A stretch of 64,000 nucleotides of DNA from Octopus sinensis (Eukaryota), in contig NC_042998.1 in NCBI RefSeq assembly GCF_006345805.1, positions 75,950,001-76,014,000 of the forward strand. The letters are read 5' to 3'. Under the pieces are notes generated by a model, which searched no databases, had not been told where the DNA came from, and worked only from the letters and a program-made list of their open reading frames with translations. Both the position numbers and the translations under genes were made by a program. Within the stretch, counting starts at the first letter, position 1. Every line of letters begins with the position of its first letter. Positions 54,479 through 64,000 of the stretch are shown one piece after another.

Positions 54479-54959
54479 AATATGCTTCAACACACAAACT
54501 CATATAAAGAATCTTGCAAATCAAGTCCAAAAACGAAATATATGTATATATACACACACATATATATAAAATCAGTATAAACAGCCATGTGCAATGTGTT
54601 ACCAAAAAGGAAAACTGTAATTGTCACCAAATATGACTGGGGTGTTAGAACACCGACATTGTTGGAAATAAGAGCTAGAAAGCTCTAATGCCGTAGTTAA
54701 AGCACATAATTGTATACATATGTACTAACAGGGCGTGTAATCACCCAAAAACACCTGTCAACAAATTCGCTATATGGATCGGTCAGTTTCAACATATTCT
54801 GTAGCCTCATCAGTAGGGACCGTTCAATTTGACTGATTCTGGACTTAATTTTCTGTCAGTACATATGTATTCACCATAAAAATCTATGGATGATTTCGTG
54901 AATCACTAATGTGCATACAAATGTGTGTGTGTGTATGTGTGTAAAAATATATATATAAA

Positions 54960-54992
<33 letters not shown>

Positions 54993-55180
54993 CACCATAT
55001 ATTTCCATGTATAAGACAACCTATAGATAAGATGAGGTCAAAATTTGTAAAGAATTTCAGGAATTTATCTCATGTACAGGCTAGCTTTAGCAATGACAGG
55101 TATCTTTAGAAATATTAGCCATGTAAAGACTATATCCTTAGAAATTAAAATAAACAAAATAACATATCGATTTCGACATT

Positions 55181-55698
55181 ATTTACATTATTTACATTTG
55201 AGGAATATTTGTCCTCATCTTGTTTGTTGTTAACACAACATTTCAACTGATATACCTTCCAGCCTTCATCAGATGTCTTGGGGAAATTTCAAACCTGGGT
55301 TCTCATTCCTAAGGTATTTTTCGATGCTATTATTATTATTATTATTGTTATTATTATTATTATTATTATTATAATTATTATTATTCAGGTCACTGCCTGG
55401 AATCGAACTCAGAATCTTGGGGTTAGTAGCCCGCGCTCTTAACCACTTCGCCATATGCCACATGGCATAGTGGTTAAGAGCATGGGCTACTAACCCTAAG
55501 ATTCCGAGTTCGATTCCAGGCAGTGACCTGAACAACAACAGCAACAACAACAACAACAACAATACCTTAGGAATGAGAACCCAGGTTCGAAATCTCCCCA
55601 AGACACCTGATGAAGGCTGGAGAGTATATCAGCTGAAACATTGTGTTAACAACAAACAAGATGAGGACAAATATCCGTCAAATGTAAATAATGTACAT
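55181..55698. mobile_element. Head-to-head inverted pair of a tRNA-headed, hammerhead-tailed short element
   Basis: Each arm: tRNA-like head (tagtggttaagagc A-box, gagttcgattcc B-box), (AAT/AAC)n, then CUGAUGA..GAAA motif; heads meet near 55460. Confidence 0.8.
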
Positions 55699-55882
55699 AA
55701 TTTCTCATCTCTTAAATATATAACTGTATAAATTTATTTCTATATCATATTTTTTCATACACATGTCACCTAAAAGGGAACCATTGTTTACATTTCATCA
55801 GCTGATCGCTTGCAAATACTGATTTTTGTGCTTTTCTTCTTCTTCCTCTTGTTTTCTTATTCACAGAATATATGCTAATATA

Positions 55883-57558
55883 TACTGTATATACCCTAAC
55901 ATTTACCAATAAAAACGAAAACGATTCTATATCATGTTTTTCCTATACACATGGTTTTATTTACATTTATGAGCTGATCTCTTTTGAATTCCGATCCTTC
56001 TTTATCAAAACTTTATCATTATCATAACAATTCACTAACAACAATACAATAATGGTACTTCATATGACTTCATATGATCTAAACAGTTACAGTCAGCCTG
56101 GAGTATTTACCTATACTTCATATAAAATCACAAATTGTCAAATCAAGTGAAATTTATAATTATTTTATACCAATATGCAACCACCAGCAAGAAGAAGAAA
56201 ATATAAGGCTAGTTTCAAATTGAAAGTTACAGAAGTAGCCAAGAGTTTGGACGATTGTGCTGCTGTTAGAACATTCGATGTTACAGAGATGATGGTATGA
56301 GAGTGGAGAAAGAATGAAGAAAAATTAAGACAAATGCCCAAACAAAAATGTGCAATGAGAAGAGGAAGCATTTGTTGGCCAAAGTTGGAAAATGATGTAG
56401 TAAAATCGGTTCCCCTGTAGAGACATGGCTACATTGTAACACGAAATAAGATAAGATCTTATGCCCTAAAACAGGCTAAATCATATAAAGAAGAAAGTAA
56501 AGATTTTAAAGCAACAGTAGGCTGGTGCAATCATTTTATGAACAGAAAAAAAAATCTGGTAATAAGGGAGAAAACAAAAGTCACCCAAAAACTCCTGAGA
56601 GATGTTGATAACAAAGTAACCAGTTTTCACCAGTTCATCATCCAGCTGAGAAAAAGGCATCAGTTTCCATTGTCTCATAATGGAAAAATGGATGAGACTC
56701 CGTTAAACTTTGACATGCTGGATAACAACATGGTAGATTTAAAAGGAGTAAAAACAGTGCACATTAAAAGCACAGGATATGAGAAAACAGGGTTTAAGGT
56801 GGTATTATCCTGCATAGCTTAGCTGACGGTATAAAATTAAAACCCATGGTTATTTTTAAATGTAAAACAAAGTCCAAAATAGATTTTCCTCCTGGCAAGT
56901 TTGTTCATTTTCAAGAGAAAGGGTGGATGGATGAGAGTGGTGTGAAATTATGGATTGAGGTTTGATGTTTTATTACTATTATTTATCTTGATAGGAAATA
57001 AGAAAGATTTATAATGTCTTATGTTTTAAATGCACCTACTGTAAAATAATTTTATTGAAAAATACAGGTTGTATGTAATCCAAATTGTGTTATTTACCAC
57101 CAAATGATAATAGATAGTTTATGAAAAATATAACTATGTTATTCTAAATCTTATTACTAGTTATACATCACCATTAAAATTTTTAAAAGGTTAACAAAAG
57201 ATAAAGGTTACTGTGAGCACAACCATAACTCAATGTTTATATTTTGTCAGCTGAGCTCTCATAGATAAAAGTTGATTTCAATGATATAGAATTATCTCTC
57301 TAATAGGCTATTTATTATGAAGATATGCCAATAATATAAAAAGTAAAAATGTTTTTATTACCTACATTATAATTTTCTTCTATTTTGTTAATCTGTTCAC
57401 GTATGTCTGTGGTTATCGCACTGAGGTCAAGGTTAGCTGTCTTATAAAATCACTTAAAATTCAAACTTTGATTTTTAGAATGGTGGTATAAGATGCCCAC
57501 AAATTTTTAGGGTAAGTTTTAAGATTTAAAGGTCATCTTATACACAGACATATGCGAT
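55883..57558 (+). mobile_element. Decayed pogo-family DNA transposon; transposase remnant ~56175-56960
   Basis: MQPPARRRKYKASFKLKV, FKATVGWCNHFMNR, MDETPLNFDM, IKSTGYEKTGFKVVLSC, KLKPMVIFK, KGWMDE; TIR-like ends tactgtatatac and catcttatacacagacatatgcgata (ends less certain). Confidence 0.8.
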
Positions 57559-57568
57559 ATATAAAAAC

Positions 57569-57627
<59 letters not shown>

Positions 57628-59899
57628 TGCAGTCAAACGACTGAAACAATAAAAGAATATATTTGGTGGAATTTATGTGCAAATTTCGAACTGGACACTA
57701 ACAAAGTGACAAAGCTCTTAAGGATTGTAGATATTTGAATTAGTTGGTGTTTGCATGAGTGTGTGTATGTGTGGATAAAATTGCAATCATGTAGTGGGTG
57801 TACATGTTCTTTACTATACATGTGTGTGTGTGTACATGCATGCGTATATGTATGTCATTTGTGTGTGTGATTGTGAATTTATATTCAGCCAAAGCAGCAC
57901 AAACAGAGAATCCATAGAATATTTTACAAATTATCTCTGCACAACTCATCGAGTATACTTGGAGAATAGAAATCAGTTTGCTTTGTTCTTTTTAGAGAAC
58001 CCTAGCATTTCTAAGTTTTTTTTTTTCAGCAAATCTGTTCTAATGTATCCCAGTGCAACCATAACAATAGATATGAATGCAAATCCTAAATTTGGATATA
58101 AGAGCTCTGTTTTCCATTAGTTCTCCAAGTTTTTATGAGATATTTACATCTATCAGGCAGCTGATTTCACTGTTATGGAGACAACAGGGAGCCGATCTCT
58201 ACAACAATGAATGACTGCTTTGTCCCACAAAATAATATCTGCCTACTGTGCTTACACCAAATTGCTGTTTTTATTGCAATATTCCACCAGTATTTTATAT
58301 ATATGCATATAAAATCATTATTACCATCATTTGACATCTGCTTTCCATGCTGGCATGGGTTGGATGGTTTGACAAGCTCTGGAAGGTCACCAGGTTGTAT
58401 CATGCTCGAATGTCAGATTTGGCATGGTTTCTATGGCCAGATGTCCTTCTTTATGCCAACCACCATACAGTGTGTACTGGGTGCTTTTTTGGCATCACCA
58501 GCACTCGTGATGTTGCTAAGTAACTTGCAAGACATAAAAAGAACAGGAAAAAGGAAGTATGGGAAAAGGACATGTACAGGCATCTTCTTACAGAGAAGAT
58601 ATGTGACAACCCTGCATTTTATCAGGAGTAGCTGGGAAGAAAGTAAGATAGTAGCAATGGGGTACCAGAATAAACCCTCAAAGTATAAGACAGTAGACTA
58701 TCACCATCATCATTATCGCTTTAACATCCACTATTCCATGCTTGCTTGCTTGGGCAAAATTTTGTGGAGGAAGATTTGCTACAGCTGGATCCTCTTCCTG
58801 TCAACAACCTTCACCTGTTTCCAACTAAGGTAGTATGGTGATATTTCCATGTATCTAGACATGTTTTCCTTGAAGACTGGAAATGAAAGACACCACCTAA
58901 CAGATGATGACACTCAATTATAACAATCATGGAATGTCAAGATAAAGGAAGGATGGGTGAGTAGATTCCTAAGAGTGTAAAGTGAGAGGTGAGAGATGGT
59001 GAGAAATCAGGAATGGGTGTAGAAGTGAATGTAGTAAGAGTGGAAGTGCACACACTCACACACACACATGTATATATACATATATATATAGCAAACGGAG
59101 TGAATAATTTTTGACATTAACATGTGTAAAATTAATATCACCATCATAAAACTGTTTATTCATGCTAGCAATTATTATTATAATTGGTGGTATAGTAGTG
59201 TCTGCATACAGTGAGAGGTCTAATATACAGAGCAATGAAACAGTTTTTTTGCATTCAGTGAGTTTTGTGATACTTGACGATAGTGTAATATTTTTATGTA
59301 TATTACCAGGGGATCCAACTTGGCTATCCACATGAGTATTACAATTATAAACATTATTTGGATGTAATTACCATTATACTATCTTTTCTATCCAATCATT
59401 GATCAAGCTTGTATATTCTGAAATATCTACAAAAAGACAGATATCTAACTTATAATACCAGTCACAGTGAAAAGCAGAAACATCAAATCTAAGTGACAAA
59501 GGGCAGAACATTTAATAAATGTATCAACTTTATTGTATGTATTGAGTAATGCATCAAGTTGGCAGAAACTTTAGCATTTCGTCTGTCTTTACATTTTGAG
59601 TTCAAATGCCAATGAGGTTGACTTTACCTTTCATCCTTCTGGGGGGGTCGATGAAATAAGTAACAGATAAAACACTGTGGTTGATGTAACTGACTTATCC
59701 CAACCCTTAAAATTGCAAGCCTTGTACCAAAATTTGAAACCATAGTATGGATTTAATACATTTTCCTTGTTATTTGTGAATTCAAACATACGTTTGAATT
59801 ACAAGTGCACATGTGTGAGTGCATGTACATATGTGTGTGTGTGTGTATGTTTGTGATTAATGTTATATGTATGCTTTTCTTTGTTGGTATGGGTTACAC

Positions 59900-60120
59900 A
59901 GGTACGTTCCAAGTAAATGACATCTGCTCAGTCAAAGTCGACTCTCAGTTAGTCCTCCAGTCAGTTCTATCCTGGGCCGCTTCTTTCAGACTGGCTATGT
60001 CCATTCCGGTATCACTCTTGATGATATCAAGCCAGTGGGTTCTTGGTCGGCCTCTTCCTCTCTTGCCACTGACCATTCCGAGCATGATGCCCTTCTCCAG
60101 GGATTTTCTCCACATAATAT
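59900..60120 (-). mobile_element. RTE/BovB-like LINE 3' coding fragment
   Basis: SLEKGIMLGMVSGKRGRGRPRTHWLDIIKSDTGMDIASLKEAAQDR. Confidence 0.75.
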
Positions 60121-60198
60121 GACATATATATACATGTAGACTGTTAGCAATATTTTTTCCTCCTTCTTCCTTTTCTTTTGGATTTTCCTATGTCTCCT

Positions 60199-60233
60199 GT
60201 TTCTGAAGAAGAGCTTTGCTCAAAACGTAAGAC
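60199..60233 (+). ncRNA. Minimal type I hammerhead motif, probably inactivated
   Basis: GUUU-CUGAAGA-A-GAGC(UUU)GCUC-AAAAC-GUA-AGAC; the G of GAAA is changed to A. Confidence 0.5.
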
Positions 60234-60550
60234 AACTACTCAGTCTTTACTTCTCTGAACATCTTATTAATACTTTGCATGTACCATGTGCTCGTGTTGT
60301 TGGTTTTCCTTGTCTTTTTTCTCCATTTTTTTTATTAATTATATATATATATACACAAATATCATCATCATCACTGTATATACATCATCATCATTTAACG
60401 TCCGCTTTCCATGCTAGCATGGGTTGGACGGTTCAACTGGGGTCTGGGGAGCCCGAAAGCTGCACCAGTCCAGTCAGATCTGGCAGTGTTTCTACAGCTG
60501 GATGCCCTTCCTAACGCCAACCACTCCGAGAGTGTAGTGGGTGATTTTAT

Positions 60551-60790
60551 GTGCCACCGACACAGGTGCCAGACGAGGCTGGCAAACGGCCACGCTCGGA
60601 TGGTGTTTTTTATGTGCCACCGACACAGGTGCCAGACGAGGCTGGCAGACGGCCACGCTCGGATGGTGTTTTTATGTGCCACCGACACAGGTGCCAGATG
60701 AGGCTGGCAAACGGCCACGATCGGATGGTGCTTGTTACGTGCCCACAGCACGGAGGCCAGTCGATGCGGTACTGGCTACGGCCACGTTCG
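60551..60790. repeat. 62-63-bp internal tandem repeat (3 full units plus a diverged fourth) inside a family C copy
   Basis: gtgccaccgacacaggtgccagacgaggctggcaaacggccacgctcggatggtg starts at 60551, 60614, 60676. Confidence 0.85.
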
Positions 60791-61022
60791 GATGGTTTTC
60801 TTGTGTGCCACGTGCCACCGGCACTGGTACCACAAAGATACAAATTCCATTGATGTTCATCTATTTTGATTTGTTTTGATTTTCACTTGCCTCAACAGGT
60901 CTTCACAAGTGTCACAAGAAGGAAGGTATGCACAGGTGGACTGACTACGTCCCAGGTAGGGGCCATGGGTTATGGCCTGACTAATACATATATACTCATA
61001 CATACATGTACATATATATATG

Positions 61023-62285
61023 CAGGAGTTGGAAAAAATAATGGAAACACCTAGCATCAAAGTATCATAATTTTAATATATCTATACAACTATCAAAAGC
61101 TTGTTTATTTTTATGTTTTTTTATTTATTATTAGTGTTGCTTAATATGTTTGCTAAAGTTACTGTTTCTTTTCAGATATCATCAGAAAAAGGTAATTAAA
61201 ATTCATTAAAATGACAGATCTATCGGACTTTCAGAGGTCAAATTGCTGGTGCTTGTATGGCAAGTGCTAGTGTAACAAAAACAGCTGAAATGTTTGGTGT
61301 ATCGAGAAGTACTGTCTCGAAAGTAATGACAGCCTTTGAAAGAGAGGGAAAAGCCTCCTCATCGAAACAAAACTCCAGAAGAAAATAAAAATTTTCAGAT
61401 AGGGACCATCGGACTCTTACACGAATTGTTAGAAAGGATCACAAAAGTACAGCTCCCAAAATTACTGCAGAGCTTAATGACCACCTTGAGAACCCAGTTT
61501 CCACAAAAAATTTTTCGCCAGGTGCTGCACAAAGCCAGATTTCAAAGGAAAGCTGCAATTAGAAAACCACTACTTTCAAAAACAACACTGCGAAGTGTCT
61601 AGAGTGGAGTAAAAACCTATACAATTGGTCCCTAGAGCAGTGGAGGAATGTTATTTTCTTGGACGAGTTATCCTTTACCTTATTTCTGACCGCTGGCCGA
61701 GTATACATGTGGAGACAGCCATAAGAAGCATTTGACCCAGACTGCCTTCTTCCAATTGTTAAACATGGAGGAGGATCTGTGATGATCTGGGAGGCTATAT
61801 CTTGGAAATCTACCAACCCAATAGTTTCCCTTCACAGCAGAATTAATAGTCAAGACTATTTAAGCATTTTATCTGATCAAATTCATCCTATAGTCGCAGA
61901 ACTGTTTCCAGAGGAAAATGCAATCTTTCAGGATAATAATGCACCAATTCACACAGCTAAAGTTGTTACTGAATGGCACGAGGAACATTTTAGTGAAGTT
62001 AGACATCTTATCTGGCCACCACAGTCCCCAGACCTCAATATTATTGAACATTTATGGTGCATTTTAGAAAAACATGTAAGGAGTCGATATCCTCCACCAT
62101 CATCACTACAAGAGCTGGAGACTGTTTTAACTGAAGAATGGACAAAAATTCCTTTCGAAACAATTCAAACTTTGTATGAGTCTATACCTCATAGAATTCA
62201 TGCTGTAATTACTGCCAAAGGTGGTCCTACCCTATATGAAAATAAATTTGTTTTAAATTTTAAGGTGTTACTATTATTTTGTCAT
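61023..62285 (+). mobile_element. Tc1-like DNA transposon, near full length
   Basis: Left TIR caggagttggaaaaaataatggaaacacct; partial right TIR aggtgttactattattttgtc cut by (TA)n. Confidence 0.9.
61211..62240 (+). pseudogene. Tc1-like transposase pseudogene with D..36..E spacing
   Basis: MTDLSDFQR, GVSRSTVSKV, AAIRKPLLSK, VIFLDE, VKHGGGSVMIW, FQDNNAPIH, WPPQSPDLNIIE; frameshifts and stops in the 5' half; second catalytic D appears changed to N. Confidence 0.9.
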
Positions 62286-62334
62286 ATATATATATATATA
62301 TATATATACATTATACATATATATATACACACAT

Positions 62335-62367
<33 letters not shown>

Positions 62368-63118
62368 CCTATATGTGTGTGTTTGCATGTGTGTGTATAA
62401 ATACATATATATATTATATATATATACATATATATATTATATATATATATACATACATACATAATGCATTATACATACATACATATATCATCAACATCAT
62501 TATCATCATCATCGTTTAGCGTCCGCTTTCCATGCTGGCATGGGTTGGACGGTTCAACTGGGGTCTGGGAATCCAGAAGGCTGCACCAGGCCCAGTCTGA
62601 TCTGGCAATGTTTCTACGGCTGGATGCCCTTCCTAACGCCAACCACTCCATGAGTGTAGTGGGTGCTTTTTACGTGCCACTGGCACAGGTGCCAGGCAAG
62701 GCTGGCAAATGGCCATGTTCGGATGGTTCTCTTATGTGCCACCGGCACTGGTATCACAGCCACAATTTCCATTGATGTTGATCGATTTGGATTTTGATTT
62801 TCACTTGCCTCAACAGGTCTTCACAAGTAGAGTTTTGTGTCCCAAGAAGGAAAGGTATGCATAAGTGGACTGGCATAGGTGGACTGGCTACATCCCAGGT
62901 AGAGGCCACGGATTATGGTCTCACTTGTCCTGCCGGGTCTTCTCACGCACAGCATACTTCCAAAGGTCTCGGTCTCTAGTCATTTCCTCAGTGAGACCTA
63001 AAGTTCAAAGGTCGTGCTTCACCACCTCGTCCCAGGTTTTCCTGGGTCATATATATACATATATATACATATATCATCATCATCATCATATTTATATATA
63101 TATATAATGCATTATATA

Positions 63119-63172
<54 letters not shown>

Positions 63173-63224
63173 GTACATACATACATATATATATATACAT
63201 ACATACATACATACATACATATAT

Positions 63225-63760
63225 CTCTTCTCTATATATATAAAACTGAGAATGTCTGTCTGTCTGTGTGTTTCCCTAAAACTTGAGAACTACACAACCA
63301 ATTTCATTCAAATTTTACACATGCCTTACTTAGGGTCCATCTAGTTTGATGGGCAAAAAAAATGTTCAACTCCTTGTCTAGGGCGAGCCCATAGCAATAT
63401 CATATCTTCTCCACTATTTCAGTATTACGTGTTAAAAGTGAAACAAAAACATTTCTCTATTTTATGTCAGATACTTTCACTTTAACAATAAAAATTAGAG
63501 ATAATAATAACAATTGAATTATATGTAGTAAGTAATAATTAAAATCAAACTAAAGTATAATATAATCGTAACATAACAAAAGTAAAAATAGCAATTGGTA
63601 TAAAATTGCATCAATGACTTGAACTTGAATAAGTGGTTTCACATGAATGGGAATAAATTAAAAATAAAATTAGCATGCAGAAATGGAATAGTCCAGATGG
63701 AGCTGTGCACATACCGTTTACCACGACTTTTACATTAGATTATCTGCTAATTAGCTAGCA
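63225..63760 (+). mobile_element. Helitron-like non-autonomous element
   Basis: Starts tctcttctctatatatataaaactgagaatgtctgtctgtctgt..aactacacaaccaatttcattcaaatttt, typical of Helitron-N 5' ends; possible CTAG end near 63757. 3' end uncertain. Confidence 0.5.
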
Positions 63761-64000
63761 TTAAGTATCTATATGAAGTTTGGCTATATGTAATGTCTGT
63801 TTTCTCGAACAGCCACTTCAACTGAGTACTGTTGTTGGTTTATTTCTTATACATAAAGGGCTATAGCTTCAACTGCATACTGCTTTTTGATTCACCATAA
63901 GGTTTGTTGTTATTATTATTACTGTTTAACTATTGTTATCATGTTTGTTGGTTCCTCGTAAGGGAAGCGTTGTGTTGCATTTGTTAAATAATTGTAAACT

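Noticed and set aside
55400-55530. tRNA genes in SINE heads
   Set aside because: A/B-box-like motifs are present but there is no complete cloverleaf or acceptor stem, and they continue into repeat bodies.
58207-58833. 208-aa plus-strand ORF
   Set aside because: Runs through two SINE-family copies; no recognisable domain or splice context.

Overview
Eukaryotic, AT-rich, repeat-dense genomic DNA. The SINE and microsatellite families look like those of an octopus (coleoid cephalopod) genome; the taxon is an inference. The only host gene I can support is a PDE12-like EEP-family 2',5'-phosphodiesterase/deadenylase on the minus strand. Six GT-AG coding exons (47829 down to 30227) join in frame into a 323-aa C-terminal part with all recognisable catalytic motifs intact. 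Its N-terminal exons were not found and probably lie beyond base 64000. The rest is microsatellite, tRNA-derived SINEs, decayed LINEs (R4/Dong-like, CR1-like, RTE-like) and decayed DNA transposons (Tc1 with DD36E spacing, mariner fold-back, pogo, piggyBac-type MITE, Helitron-like). Most Y/I/H/T/V-rich ORFs in the track are microsatellite artefacts. The most unusual signal is a recurrent set of non-coding Penelope-like/retrozyme-like repeats carrying minimal type I hammerhead-ribozyme motifs, some with non-canonical cores. They sit as tandem and inverted copies that create near-perfect hairpins of 36-545 bp in and near the PDE12 introns, and one is fused to a tRNA-like SINE head. No CRISPR, rRNA or genuine tRNA genes were seen. 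All alignments and counts were done by eye; repeat boundaries are approximate.
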